Counted from the first letter of the stretch, positions 20,681-31,643 are shown. The stretch: DNA of 64,000 nucleotides from an uncultured Verrucomicrobiae bacterium (GCA_963788655.1 CAWBHS010000027.1:41645-105644); one strand, 5' to 3'. Notes: generated from the letters alone by a model not told the origin. Program-made: numbers and translations.

Positions 20681-21142
20681 TTAACTCGTGAAACTAACGA
20701 TTCGTGGTTGGACGAGACGCTCGAAATCGCGGTAGTCCATTTGGATCAGTTCGGTGTGCGTGCCGGCATTGAAGGCGATCGTGGGTTTCCCGGCCAGGCT
20801 GGCTTCGGCATACGTCTCGAGGCCGTACAGATTGCCGAAGGGAGGCATGGCGCCGATTTCGCAATCCGGGAACGCATCATTGAACTCCGGTTCCGTGGCA
20901 AACTCGACGCGGTCTTCCCCGGTGATTTCCCGCAGATCCTGGATGATCACCTTGCGCGGCGCCGGCAGAACGGCCATGCACAATCTTCCGTTGATTTTTA
21001 CCATGACCGTCTTTGCCAGTTCCTTGCCGGAGATGTGGCTGGAAGCCGCGACTTCCTGGGCGGTGTAGGCGGCGGAATGTTTGACGGTGACGTACTTAAT
21101 TTGGTTTCGGTCCAAAAATGCTTTCACTTTTGTTGCCGGCAT
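20681..21142 (-). CDS. YbaK/EbsC aminoacyl-tRNA deacylase-family protein
   Basis: LAKTVMVK, FPDCEIGAMPPFGNLYG, FNAGTH. Confidence 0.9.
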   Translation of the reverse strand: MPATKVKAFLDRNQIKYVTVKHSAAYTAQEVAASSHISGKELAKTVMVKINGRLCMAVLPAPRKVIIQDLREITGEDRVEFATEPEFNDAFPDCEIGAMPPFGNLYGLETYAEASLAGKPTIAFNAGTHTELIQMDYRDFERLVQPRIVSFTS

Positions 21143-21372
21143 ATCGGTCTCCTTCTCGTTAAAGGTTTCACTGCGAAAACTTCACTCTGAAAACTTAAGC
21201 CGCCCACGCCATCCTTCAAGCTCGGCACACCCGATATTTCATCCAGCTACAGGCAATGTCCTGAGCGGTTCATGGCCCGCAACTGAATTGGGTCGGCTTG
21301 GCCAGCGCTTGGCCCTGAAGTAGAAGAATCCTTTGGCACGACGGGGGTTCTCCCCTAAGCTAGCCGGAACGT

Positions 21373-22236
21373 ATGCGAGTGATTGGTCATCTGGCGAATG
21401 AGCGGAACGCGGCTTTGTTCAGCGATTACCTGGTCGTCCAGGGAATCGCGAATGAAGTGGAAGCCGATAAAGAAGGCTGGGCGATCTGGATTCATTCGGA
21501 AGACGAAATGGAACGAGCCCACGGGCTGTTGCAGCGCTTCCGGACCAACCCGGACGATCCCACCGTTCAAAAATACGCCCGCAAGGCCCAACTCCTGAAA
21601 GAGCAACATCAGCAGGAAGCCGAAGCCGCCGAAAAACGGCAATACACGCGCCGCCAGTTGTTTCCCCGGACGAGAGCATACGCGGTTGGCCCGGTGACGG
21701 TCAGCCTCATTGTGATTTGTGCGGTGGTGGCGATTCTCTCCGATTTCGGTAAGAATGAAGCGGTTCTCCAATACTTGTTCCTCAGCCTGCCGGAAGTCAG
21801 CCGGGGTGAAGTGTGGCGCCTGTTGACGCCCATCGTGGTGCATTTCGGGATTCTGCACCTGGCGTTCAACATGCTTTGGCTGTTCGACCTGGGCACCATG
21901 ATCGAACGCTGTCAGGGCACCGGCAAATTCGTGTTGCTGGTGGTGGTCTTGGGAGTGCTTTCCAACGTCGGGGAATATCTGATGAGCGGACCATTCTTCG
22001 GCGGGATGTCCGGAGTGGTTTACGGGCTGTTGGGGTACATCTGGATGAAAGGCAAATTTGATCCCCTGTCGGGCTTGATCCTGCATCCGCAAACAGTGGC
22101 GATGATGCTGGTTTGGTTCTTCCTCTGTCTGAGCGGCCTGATGGGGCACATTGCGAACACCGCTCACGCTGTCGGGCTCGTGCTGGGCATTGTCTGGGGC
22201 TACTTGTCCAGTCAACTGGCCAGTCACCGTCGCTAA
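21373..22236 (+). CDS. glpG: Rhomboid intramembrane serine protease (GlpG-like)
   Basis: GlpG-like soluble N-domain, WRLLTP, HLAFNMLW, catalytic GMSG, and ANTAH. Confidence 0.9.
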   Translation: MRVIGHLANERNAALFSDYLVVQGIANEVEADKEGWAIWIHSEDEMERAHGLLQRFRTNPDDPTVQKYARKAQLLKEQHQQEAEAAEKRQYTRRQLFPRTRAYAVGPVTVSLIVICAVVAILSDFGKNEAVLQYLFLSLPEVSRGEVWRLLTPIVVHFGILHLAFNMLWLFDLGTMIERCQGTGKFVLLVVVLGVLSNVGEYLMSGPFFGGMSGVVYGLLGYIWMKGKFDPLSGLILHPQTVAMMLVWFFLCLSGLMGHIANTAHAVGLVLGIVWGYLSSQLASHRR

Positions 22237-22435
22237 TCGGGGCCGCAGGCCAGCCCTTCTTCCGGGCTGCTCAGTTTAGCAACTCCGTTGGCCTTGGTTG
22301 TGCTTGTCTGCCTTCGGAAGGGCGAATTGAAACTCGTCCTCGCGAAGTCTTGATTTGAATCTCGTGGTCCAAATATCGATGAAAAACGGAAATCTGACGC
22401 AGGGATGTGTAATCTCCTGTTTGAATCAACCCACC

Positions 22436-23704
22436 ATGAAACAACACGTCCAACGGGCGCGCATTGCCCTGCTGGTGTGTAGCAGTGCCCTCGCAATTAC
22501 CCTGACCAGCGGAGGCCTGAAGGCCCAGACGACCGGGCAGAACTCGGCAGATGCTGCCGCCGTCGCTGTGGAAGGGATGGGCCAATCGGCCCCAGAATCC
22601 AGCCTCTCACTCCCCAATTTCCTGAAGGTCGGCCCCTTCGAATTGCGCCCCTATTTTGCGGGCAGCATGTTGTACGATGACAACATCCGCATCCAATCAC
22701 ACCAACCAGTCCACGACGTGGTATGGACCTTGTCGCCGGGAATCACGATCGGTGGCGGCCAATACGAGGATGCCGCCGGCACGTTCCTGACGCTCGATTA
22801 CCGGCCGGACATTGTGCTCTATACGGACCACGACGAGTTCAACTCCGTAGATCATTGGGTGAATTTCCGCGGTCAACGGCACTGGGAAAAACTGACCTTG
22901 GGGATCGGGCAAGCCTTCCAATCCGGCACCGGCGGTTACACCGAGGCCTTGAACCGCGTGGAACGGTCGGTCTATGTGACCACCGCCCGGGCCATTTACG
23001 AATACAGTGACAAAACCTCCTTCGAAGTCGATGGCCTGCAAAACATCAGCGACTACGACAACAGCGAGTCCCAACGGCTCATCAGCTACAACCAATGGGA
23101 ACTGCAAACCTGGGGCAACTACCAGGCCACGCCCAAAATCAATGTCGGGCTGGGTGGGGCGTTTGGCTGGCGCGACGTGCAACTGGCCGACAACCAGACC
23201 TATCAACAAGCCCTGGTCCGCGGCATTTATACGCTGACCGCTAAAACGCGTTTGAATGCCAGCCTGGGCATGCAATTTGAACAATACCAGGGTGGCGGCA
23301 GCCGGGGACCCCAATTGGTCTTTGAAGTTGGCGGCGCGTATAAGCCCTGGGTCCGCACAACCTTCACCTTGGACGCCTACCGCCGCACTCAAAACTCGGT
23401 GGTGCAGGCCGGCCAGAACTACACGCTCACCGGTGTCCGCGCCGCGGTACGCCAACAAATCCGGGATCGGATCTTCGTCACCCTCTCTGGCGGGTACGAG
23501 CAATCCGATTACTACGCTACTACCTCATCCCACCCGCCTGACCGCCGCGACGATTACTTCTTTGTTGGACCTGCGCTGGATTACTCGATCACGGAACGTT
23601 GGTTCCTGGGCGCGTTTTACCGGTACCGCAACAATGACTCGACACACAACCCCAATGATTTTAGTAATAACCAAGTTGGCATTAGAACCTTGTTCCGCTA
23701 TTAG
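22436..23704 (+). CDS. Outer-membrane beta-barrel protein (polysaccharide-locus porin type)
   Basis: Signal peptide, YDDNI motif, alternating amphipathic strands, C-terminal aromatic residue; lies upstream of nucleotide-sugar genes. Confidence 0.8.
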   Translation: MKQHVQRARIALLVCSSALAITLTSGGLKAQTTGQNSADAAAVAVEGMGQSAPESSLSLPNFLKVGPFELRPYFAGSMLYDDNIRIQSHQPVHDVVWTLSPGITIGGGQYEDAAGTFLTLDYRPDIVLYTDHDEFNSVDHWVNFRGQRHWEKLTLGIGQAFQSGTGGYTEALNRVERSVYVTTARAIYEYSDKTSFEVDGLQNISDYDNSESQRLISYNQWELQTWGNYQATPKINVGLGGAFGWRDVQLADNQTYQQALVRGIYTLTAKTRLNASLGMQFEQYQGGGSRGPQLVFEVGGAYKPWVRTTFTLDAYRRTQNSVVQAGQNYTLTGVRAAVRQQIRDRIFVTLSGGYEQSDYYATTSSHPPDRRDDYFFVGPALDYSITERWFLGAFYRYRNNDSTHNPNDFSNNQVGIRTLFRY

Positions 23705-23846
23705 TCGCCTTGGGAACCAGACTGAACGCTAAAACCGCCAACCCGTCTTGTGTCACCGCCACCTTCGTGGCGGTGTTCGCTTGGGTCCGGGCCGGCCGCG
23801 TGGCCGGATCCCCGACGCGGGGTTGGGCGCAGGAAAGGAATCATTT

Positions 23847-25133
23847 ATGACCACAGCCATTATCGGACTCGGATATGTTGGATTGCCGTTGGCGCTCCAG
23901 TTTGCCCGCTCGGGCGTGAAAGTGTTGGGGCTGGACATTGATCCGGCCAAAGTGAACGACTGCCTCGCCGGGCAGAGTTACATTCAACACATCCCCAGCG
24001 CGGCCATTCAGGAGCAAGTGCAAAACGGCAATTTCACCGCCTCCACCGAATTCGTCCGGGTGAAAGAAGTCGAGGCGATCATTATTTGCGTACCCACCCC
24101 ACTGAACAAAAACCGCGAGCCGGACATTTCCTACATTGAAAAGACCGGCGCGGCCATTGCCCCGCACCTCCCAAAAGGCGCGCTGGTGGTGCTGGAGTCC
24201 ACCACCTATCCCGGTACCACGGACGAAAATTTACGCGACGTTCTGGAACGTGGTTCCGGTCTGAAAGCCGGCACCGATTTCCATCTGGCCTTTTCCCCGG
24301 AACGCGAAGATCCGGGCAATCCGGACAGCAAAGTGGCGTCCATACCTAAAGTGATGGGCGGTTACACCCCGGCCTGTTGCGAGCAGGCGGTGGCGCTTTA
24401 CCGCCAGGCCATCAAGACGGTCATCCCGGTTTCCAATTGCCGCACCGCCGAGGCGACCAAGCTATTGGAAAACATTTTCCGGAGCGTCAACATTGCTTTG
24501 GTCAATGAACTCAAGGTCGTTTATGCGGCGATGGGCATCGACGTTTGGGAAGTCATCAACGCCGCCAAAACAAAGCCCTTCGGTTATATGCCCTTTTATC
24601 CGGGGCCGGGGCTGGGCGGCCATTGCATCCCGATTGACCCGTTTTATCTGACGTGGAAAGCGCGTGAGTATGGACAGCACACCCGTTTCATCGAACTGGC
24701 CGGGGAGATCAATACGTCCATGCCCAAGTACGTCGTCAGCCGGGTGGCGGAGGCCCTGAACTCCAAGCGCCAGGCGCTCAACGGCAGCCGCATTCTGCTG
24801 CTGGGCCTGGCTTACAAAGCCGACGTGGACGATCTGCGCGAGTCGCCCACATTCATCTTGTTGGATCTGCTGAAGCGGCTGGGAGCCGAAGTAGCCTATT
24901 ACGATCCGCACATTCCCGTCATCCAACCCACCCGCGAACACGGCGAATGGACCGGCACCAAATCGGTTTCCTGGGATCAGAAAACCATCAACTCCTTCGA
25001 CGCCGTTGTGATCGCCACAGCCCACCAAGCCGTCAATTACCGGGAACTGGCCGACTGGTCGGATTGCATCGTGGACACTCGCAACGCCATGGCGGGCGCG
25101 AATTGCCGGCCGAACACGCTTTGGAAAGCCTGA
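23847..25133 (+). CDS. UDP-N-acetylhexosamine 6-dehydrogenase (WbpA/WecC family)
   Basis: IGLGYVGLPLA, ICVPTP, LESTTYPGTT, FSPEREDPGN, GGHCIPIDP, DLRESP. Confidence 0.93.
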   Translation: MTTAIIGLGYVGLPLALQFARSGVKVLGLDIDPAKVNDCLAGQSYIQHIPSAAIQEQVQNGNFTASTEFVRVKEVEAIIICVPTPLNKNREPDISYIEKTGAAIAPHLPKGALVVLESTTYPGTTDENLRDVLERGSGLKAGTDFHLAFSPEREDPGNPDSKVASIPKVMGGYTPACCEQAVALYRQAIKTVIPVSNCRTAEATKLLENIFRSVNIALVNELKVVYAAMGIDVWEVINAAKTKPFGYMPFYPGPGLGGHCIPIDPFYLTWKAREYGQHTRFIELAGEINTSMPKYVVSRVAEALNSKRQALNGSRILLLGLAYKADVDDLRESPTFILLDLLKRLGAEVAYYDPHIPVIQPTREHGEWTGTKSVSWDQKTINSFDAVVIATAHQAVNYRELADWSDCIVDTRNAMAGANCRPNTLWKA

Positions 25134-25161
25134 GAGTCTATTTTAAGACTCCAGCTTCCTT

Positions 25162-25248
25162 GTAGCAGCCGACGTAAGAAGTGCTCAAGATTCCCCGCAG
25201 ACCTCACTACTCACGGACTAGAATGAGCCTCCTCAGGTCGCCTGATAC
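25162..25248. repeat. Degenerate GTAG-type REP-like element
   Basis: GTAGCAGCCGACGTAAGAAGTGCTC...GAGCCTCCTCAGGTCGCCTGATAC; same family as 29101 and 39062. Confidence 0.55.
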
Positions 25249-25340
25249 CATTTCTTAAACCGGCTTTGAGTCGGGAAAGAAAGTTCGACTTGCGCCGCCG
25301 GGTCCGCTAAGACACTGCTTGTTTTAGGTTGCAACAAGTC

Positions 25341-26369
25341 ATGACTGCTTACGACAAAATCCGCACTGAATTGACGGCGTCGCCCCGTATTTGGTTGGTC
25401 ACCGGGGTTGCCGGATTCATTGGTTCCAATTTGCTCGAACAACTCCTGCGCTGGGACCAAACTGTTACCGGCTTGGACAGTTTCGCCACTGGCCACCGGA
25501 AGAATCTCGAACAGGTCCGCGACGCGGTTACTTCCGAACAATGGTCCCGCTTCACCATCGTTGAAGGCGACATCCGCGGCCTCAAGGTTTGTCAGCAAGC
25601 GTGCCATGGCGTGGACTACGTACTACATCAGGCCGCATTGGGCTCAGTGCCACGTTCCATTGAGGATCCGCTGACCGCCACCGAGGTCAATGTGAACGGC
25701 ACCATCAATGTGCTGCTGGCCGCGCGCGACCAGCGCGTGAAACGGCTGGTGTATGCCTCGAGCAGTTCCGTCTATGGCGATGATCCGGAACTGCCCAAAG
25801 TGGAATCCCGGCTCGGCGCTCCGCTGTCGCCATACGCGGCCACCAAGCTGGTGGACGAAATTTACGCCGGCATTTTTGCGCGCTGTTACGGTGTCGAAAC
25901 GGTGGGCTTGCGCTATTTCAATGTGTTCGGTCCGCGGCAGGACCCGGAAGGCCCGTACGCTGCCGTGATTCCCAAGTGGATTGCGGCGTTGATTAAGAAT
26001 GAGCCGGTGGTGATCAACGGCGACGGCGAAACCAGCCGCGATTTTTGCTACGTGGCCAACGTGGTCCAGGCCAACTTGCTCGCGGCCACCACCGCCACCA
26101 CTGAAGCAGTCAACCAAGTCTATAACGTGGCCATGAACGAGCGGACCACCCTGAATGATTTGTACGGCCTGCTGCGCGATCTGTTGTCGCCCAGCCACCC
26201 GGAGATCAAAACGCGCCAGCCCGTTTACCAGGATTTTCGAACCGGCGACGTGCGGCATTCGCAAGCGGACATTTCGCAGGCGCAACGTTTGTTGGGCTAC
26301 GCCCCGACGCACCGGATCGGGCAGGGATTGGAAACCGCGTTGCAATGGTACCAGCAAAACGTGGTGTGA
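25341..26369 (+). CDS. UDP-GlcNAc(A) 4-epimerase (WbpP/TviC family SDR)
   Basis: [50 protein letters not shown]. Confidence 0.93.
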   Translation: MTAYDKIRTELTASPRIWLVTGVAGFIGSNLLEQLLRWDQTVTGLDSFATGHRKNLEQVRDAVTSEQWSRFTIVEGDIRGLKVCQQACHGVDYVLHQAALGSVPRSIEDPLTATEVNVNGTINVLLAARDQRVKRLVYASSSSVYGDDPELPKVESRLGAPLSPYAATKLVDEIYAGIFARCYGVETVGLRYFNVFGPRQDPEGPYAAVIPKWIAALIKNEPVVINGDGETSRDFCYVANVVQANLLAATTATTEAVNQVYNVAMNERTTLNDLYGLLRDLLSPSHPEIKTRQPVYQDFRTGDVRHSQADISQAQRLLGYAPTHRIGQGLETALQWYQQNVV

Positions 26370-26373
26370 TCAG

Positions 26374-27379
26374 ATGAATAATCCAGGAAACCAAAGCCGA
26401 TTGGCTGAACGTCGCGCGCGCGGCGGTACGGTGCGAAATGGAATGTCTGCAAATCGCCGCCGGCCGGCTCGATGACAGCCTGGTCCGTGCGGTGGAAATC
26501 ATTCTGGCCAATCCGGGCAAAGTCGTGGTGAGCGGCCTGGGCAAGTCGGGTTTGGTCGGACAAAAAATCGCCGCCACGCTCTGCAGCACGGGCACACCGG
26601 CGGTGTTCTTACACCCGGCGGATGCCTTGCACGGCGACTTGGGCGTCTATGCGCCCGGCGATGCGACGCTGTTGATTTCGAACAGCGGGGCCACGGCTGA
26701 ATTGATGCGGCTGGTTCCGTTGTTGCGCCAGTTCCGCTCCCCGCTCATTGGCATTCTCGGCAACTTGAAAGGACCGCTCGCCCCCCAAATGGACGCCGTC
26801 CTGGACGGCTCGGTGGCTCGGGAAGCCGATCCCTCAAACATTGCGCCGACGAGCAGTGCGGTGGTGGCCATGGCCCTGGGCGACGCGCTGGCCTCGGCCT
26901 TGATCCGGGCTCGAAATTTCACGTTGGACGATTACGCGCGCTACCATCCCGCCGGCCAACTGGGCCGCAATTTACTTTTGACGGTCGCCGATGTCATGCA
27001 CGGGGAAAACACGGTGGCTTGGGTGCAGGCGGATGAGCCGGTGAAGAAAGTCGTGCTGGCCATGACCTCGCACCCACTCGGCGCCGCTTGTGTCATCGAC
27101 GATAGCGGCCGACTCGAAGGACTGATCACCGACGGCGATCTGCGCCGGGCGCTGCAAGTTCATGACGATATTCGCCCGCTGAAAGCCCGTGACATCATGA
27201 CCGCCCACCCGACGACCATTTCACCGGCAGCGCGCCTGCGCGAAGCGCTCGACTTGATGGAAGACCGGCCTTCCCAAATCTCGGTATTGCCCGTTGCCGA
27301 GCCTGAAGGACGCTGCCTGGGATTGCTCCGCATTCACGACATTTACACCGGCTCGACTGACGTGCCGACGGGAAGTTGA
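26374..27379 (+). CDS. KpsF/GutQ arabinose-5-phosphate isomerase (SIS + CBS); probable 1-nt indel at the 5' end
   Basis: GLGKSG, STGTPAVFLHPADALHGDLG, APTSS, HPAGQLG and a CBS pair. The upstream in-frame WLNVARAAVRCE segment lacks an in-frame start; ATG at 26374. Confidence 0.9.
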
Positions 27380-27403
27380 TTGGTATTAAACGTTTAAACG
27401 CTT

Positions 27404-28504
27404 ATGTCGAACATTCTGCTGGATGGAATTGTGGGGGCCCGCCCGAACATGATGAAAATGGCGCCACTGGCTCGCGCGCTCGCCGCTGACGGAACCTTTA
27501 ACCTGCGGCTGATTCACACCGGCCAACACTACGACGAGCAAATGTCCGATGTGTTCTTCACGGAACTGGGGCTGCCCAAACCGGCCTTTAATTTGAAGGT
27601 GGGTTCCGGATCCCACGGCGCCCAAACCGCCCGCATTCTCGAAGGCTACGAACAAATCCTGTTGTCGGAAAAACGTCCGCGCGGCGTCATCGTGGTGGGC
27701 GATGTGACCTCCACGATGGCCTGCACCCTGGCGGCGGCCAAGTTGTGCCTCCCGGTGGCGCACGTCGAAGCTGGCCTGCGCAGTGGCGATCGCACGATGC
27801 CGGAGGAAATCAATCGCATCGTCACAGATGCGCTGGCCGATGTGTTGTTGGTGTCCGATCCCGAGGGCCTGATGCACCTGGCGCGCGAGGGGCAGCCCCG
27901 CGAAAAGATCACCCTGGTGGGAAACATCATGATGGATACCCTCCACCGCGAACTGCCTTATGCGGGACAATCAACCCTGTTGAACGACCTCGGTTTGGCC
28001 CCGCAAAGCTACGCCTATTTGACGCTCCACCGCCCGTCGAACGTGGATGATCCGGCGGTGTTGCGGCGGTTGGTGCGGTTGCTGGAGGAATTCTCGCGCG
28101 AGGTGCCGTTGGTGTTTTCACTCCACCCGCGCACCCGGGAACGGTTGGCGCAAGCCGCCCTCGAGTTGCCGGAGGGCGAACGATTCCGCGTCATTAAACC
28201 GCTCGCGTATCGAGATAATCTACGGATGATTCAATGCGCCCAAATCGTATTAACCGATTCCGGTGGCATCCAGGAGGAAACCTCCGTGTTGAATGTGCCG
28301 TGCATGACGCTGCGTCCCAGCACCGAGCGACCCATCACCGTGTCCTTGGGCAGCAGCGAACTGGTGGGCAATGATGAGACAAAGATCCGCAACGCCTGGC
28401 AACGGTTCCGTTCCGGCCAATGGAAACAAGCCAGTCCCATTCCGCTCTGGGACGGCCACACCGCCGAACGCATCGTGAAACGATTGCGGGAAGCGTGGGC
28501 GTGA
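27404..28504 (+). CDS. wecB: UDP-GlcNAc 2-epimerase (non-hydrolysing)
   Basis: GARPN, HTGQHYD, HVEAGLRS, PEEINR, TLHRPSNVD, TDSGGIQEE, LWDGH. Confidence 0.93.
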   Translation: MSNILLDGIVGARPNMMKMAPLARALAADGTFNLRLIHTGQHYDEQMSDVFFTELGLPKPAFNLKVGSGSHGAQTARILEGYEQILLSEKRPRGVIVVGDVTSTMACTLAAAKLCLPVAHVEAGLRSGDRTMPEEINRIVTDALADVLLVSDPEGLMHLAREGQPREKITLVGNIMMDTLHRELPYAGQSTLLNDLGLAPQSYAYLTLHRPSNVDDPAVLRRLVRLLEEFSREVPLVFSLHPRTRERLAQAALELPEGERFRVIKPLAYRDNLRMIQCAQIVLTDSGGIQEETSVLNVPCMTLRPSTERPITVSLGSSELVGNDETKIRNAWQRFRSGQWKQASPIPLWDGHTAERIVKRLREAWA

Positions 28505-28567
28505 GGGGTGATCGTGGGGGAGGGCTGGTGAAGGATTGAAGAGTAAAGCGCCATGCCGGGTGCGCTG

Positions 28568-28930
28568 CTGCATTGATCGCGCCACACCGTTACGAACGAT
28601 GGCAGCTCTTCCGTCACGCCCCGTAAGCGCCGAACGTGCTCCCTCTCCCCAAGGGAGAGGGCCGGGGTGAGGGGGAAGGAGCCAAGCGGTCGCCTGGGCC
28701 CTCTGAAAATTGCGGACGGCAATCACTACCTAATGCGAATTGGCTGCGCAGATTGAACGCACTCTTTCCCCTCACCCTAACCCTCTCCTCAGGGAGAGGG
28801 AACAGCCGGTGGATGCCCATGGGAATTCGAATGGGCCAGCGGCACTTGCCGCGGCTGCACAGATCGCGTAACCCCGCTACGAACGATGGCAGCCCAGTCT
28901 CCGCACCCCGCAAGCGCCGAACGTGCTCCC
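28568..28930. repeat. Composite repeat: two ~75-bp direct repeats flanking an inverted pair of CCCTCTCC-GGAGAGGG hairpin units
   Basis: CTGCA..GATCGCG..TACGAACGATGGCAGC..CCCCGYAAGCGCCGAACGTGCTCCC at ~28568 and ~28855; CCCTCTCCCCAAGGGAGAGGG..GGGTGAGGGG and CCCCTCACCC..CCCTCTCCTCAGGGAGAGGG between them. Confidence 0.75.
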
Positions 28931-28947
28931 TTTACACGAACCGCGCG

Positions 28948-29054
28948 GTAGCGGCGTTCGCGCTGCGAGCGCATGGCCTCGCAGCGCGAAGCCAACCACC
29001 TCGGTCGCGCTCTGACTTGCGCCTGGTCCGCCGCGTTCTCACGAACGCAGCCAC
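28948..29054. repeat. GTAG-type REP-like element
   Basis: GTAGCGGCGTTCG...CGAACGCAGCCAC inverted arms. Confidence 0.55.
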
Positions 29055-29100
29055 CCTCCAATTGAATCGTTTCCCCAGCCGGAATCTTTCACACGCAATG

Positions 29101-29167
29101 GTAGCCGCCAACGTGAGGAGGCGGACCGGAAGCCTCTTCCCGTGCTCCGCCCCACGTCGGCGGCTAC
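29101..29167. repeat. GTAG-type REP-like element
   Basis: GTAGCCGCCAACGTG...CACGTCGGCGGCTAC inverted arms. Confidence 0.75.
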
Positions 29168-29204
29168 AGGCTGGTGGCGCTTTAAGCGGCGTGAAGAATC
29201 CGGG

Positions 29205-30540
29205 TTAAGTAGCTTCCGACGATGCCCGCGCTGAATTCCGCGCGGCTTTCAATTTGATGCCTTCGTCCACAATGCAGGCGGTCACCATGTCAGCCGTGAC
29301 GTTCAAGGTGGTCCGCGCCATGTCGAGCAACCGATCGACGCCCAAGATCAAGGCGATGCCTTCGGGCGGGATATGGAAGCTGGCCATCAATCCCACCATC
29401 ACGGGCAGCGACGCGCCGGGAATGCCCGCCACGGCGACGGCGCTGAAGACGGTGAGGAGCAAGAGCGTCAATTGGCTCCCGAGCGACAAGTGGACACCAA
29501 ACACCTGGGCGACGAACAACACGACGCAGCCTTCGTAAAGCGCGGTGCCGCTCATGTTGGTGGTGGCGCCCAACGGCAGAACAAAGCCCGCCGTGCTGGC
29601 GGAAACGCCCAGCGTTCTCCCGGCTGACCTGGAGGCTGGTGGGCAGCGTGGCGTTGCTGGAACTGGTCGAGAACGCGGTGACCAATACCGTGCGGATGGC
29701 TTTGAAAAACTCGAAGGGCGACCGGCGGGTCAGCAGTTTCAACAACATGGACATGGTTCCAAACAAATGCACGAGAATGCCGCCCAATACCACCACCACA
29801 AACAGCAGCACCGCTTGCAAAACGTCCGTGCCCACGCGAATGACCAGACTGGCCATCAGGGCGGCGACCGCGTAGGGCGCCAACTGCATGGCGAAATGGA
29901 CGATGCGGGTCATCAGTTCGTTGCCGATTTCCAGGCCGTCCATGAACCGGCGGCGGTGGTCCGCGGGCAATTGCGTGCCGGCGGCGCCCACGAAAACGGC
30001 AAACAGGATCAGTGGGAGAATCTGGAAATCGGCCACCGCCCCGAGCAGGTTGCGCGGCATGAACATTTCGACCAGGCGATTGAACGTGAGGCGGGGTTGC
30101 TCCGCGGCCTTTGCCTGCGCCATGTCGGCATCGCTGCGGTACTTCTCGATCAATTGGGCCTTCGTTTCGGGCGTCAGGCGGTATCCCGGTTGGACGGTGT
30201 TCATGATCAACAGTCCCAATGCCACGCCAATGGACATGTTGACGCCGAACAACAGAAAGGTGCGACCGGCCAACGGCCCCAATCGATCCAGGCGCCCCAG
30301 TTGGACCACGCCGAAAGTCAGCGACGTGAAAATCAGCGGCACGACCACAAAGAACAGCATGCGCAAAAACACCTGGCCGAACGGATCAAGCACTTCGGCA
30401 GACAACCACTGTAAGCCGGCCATAACCGACTCCTGGGCGTGAAAGATCACCCGCGCCAGGAGGCCGATTCCCAATCCCAGGGCCATGCCCCAGACGATCC
30501 GCACGCCCAAGCGATCCCCAGATTTTTTGGTGGTGGTCAC
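29205..30540 (-). CDS. Dicarboxylate/amino acid:cation symporter (GltP/DctA family; one frameshift ~29610)
   Basis: FLRMLFFVVVPLIF, AFSTSSSNATLP, then GATTNMSGTALY, AGIPGAS and DRLLDMARTTLNV in a second frame. GTG start assumed. Confidence 0.92.
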
Positions 30541-30633
30541 GGGTGGGCAGGCTAATGAAACTCTCCGGACCTGACCATTCAATTCCACCACCAATGAGGG
30601 ACCGCGGTGGGGATCAGACCGAAAGGTGGTCCG

Positions 30634-30668
30634 AAAATAAAAGAAGGGCACCGTATCACCGGTGCCCT
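30634..30668 (-). terminator. Intrinsic terminator
   Basis: Minus strand reads AGGGCACCG-GTGATA-CGGTGCCCT-TCTTTTATTTT after the H-X9-DG fragment. Confidence 0.75.
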
Positions 30669-30699
30669 GGTTCAATACGAAGCGTTCGCGAAGGGACGG

Positions 30700-31005
30700 T
30701 TATGGATTCTGAATGTGATTGTTCCCGTTGGCGTCGCCCGAGCTCTCGATTTGCCGTTGCCGGGCGCTATCCGACGTCTGGATGGCGCTGCCGTCAGCCA
30801 GGCCGAGATTGCCCGCGTCGCTGTGGATGCTCGAACTCCACCGATAATCGCCGCTGTTGCCGGCCAGCAACTCCGTCGCGTTGGCGTCCACCGTTCTGCA
30901 ATTGGCAGTGCCGGGTTGTGATCCGTCCGGTTTCACAATATTGCGGTCGCCGGACAAGATGGTTTGCGGCCGGGAAGGAATAATCCAAGTCACATCGCCC
31001 GGCAA
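30700..31005 (-). pseudogene. 3' remnant of a prepilin-associated H-X9-DG protein
   Basis: ILSGDRN...WSSSIHSDAGNLGLADGS (H-X9-DG); no N-terminal prepilin/N-methylation signal in frame upstream. Confidence 0.65.
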
Positions 31006-31105
31006 TTTTGGCGGCGAGATTCAGTCAGGTATTACTTCGTCAAACAACCTGGATTAATCGCCCCTCGACTCTTGATTCTTGAGCGGGCTAAGCCGTGACT
31101 ATTCA

Positions 31106-31237
31106 GTAGGACAGGCGTCCCGCCTGTCCCGAACAAGTGCAAACCAACAACTTGGAGCACGGCGCCGCGAGTATTTCTATGTCACCAAACGTGAGGATGC
31201 CTTGGGCTATTCGAGACAGGCGAGACGCCTGTCCTAC
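31106..31237. repeat. GTAG-type REPIN-like element
   Basis: GTAGGACAGGCGTCCCGCCTGTC...GACAGGCGAGACGCCTGTCCTAC; each arm is itself palindromic. Confidence 0.8.
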
Positions 31238-31283
31238 CACGCCGAACTGCCTCATCGCAGCACCAGCTACTGAATTGATACGG

Positions 31284-31643
31284 CTACGCCCGGGCACGGC
31301 GTTTCGGCTTGGTTTGCTTCTGATTGCGGGGGCGCGTCTGCTTCCGGGGAGTTTTGGCGGCAGGCTTCTGCTTTCGTGCCGCTGTCCTTTTCGCTGTCGG
31401 CGGTGGCGCTGAAGTTGCGGTTCGGGTTTTCTTTTGGATCACCTGGCGCATTTGTTCGACTTTGCGGTCCACTTCGGTCCGCGCCCGCTGAAGGCTTTCC
31501 TGCGTGACGTTGATGGCGTCGGTCAGGAAACCGCATCCCTGCCGGATGCGCCGGCTATAGCTGCCTTCTTTCAGCGTGATGCCCTTCGCTTTCAGAAAAG
31601 CGCTCAGGTTTCGGTATAGTTCGTCTTGCTTTAGCTGTTTCAT
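31284..31643 (-). CDS. Hypothetical protein with coiled coil and Lys/Arg-rich tail
   Basis: 119-aa ORF with ATG start, helical N-domain and basic low-complexity C-terminus. Confidence 0.65.
   Translation of the reverse strand: MKQLKQDELYRNLSAFLKAKGITLKEGSYSRRIRQGCGFLTDAINVTQESLQRARTEVDRKVEQMRQVIQKKTRTATSAPPPTAKRTAARKQKPAAKTPRKQTRPRNQKQTKPKRRARA

Noticed and set aside
21354..21370. CCTAAGCTAGCCGGAAC resembling the IS-like element end (CCTAACCCGGCGTAGCCGGAAC)
   Set aside because: The match is short, lacks the hairpin arm and overlaps the glpG translation-initiation region; probably chance.
28505..29200. CRISPR array
   Set aside because: Only two diverged direct repeats, no regular repeat-spacer period and no cas genes.
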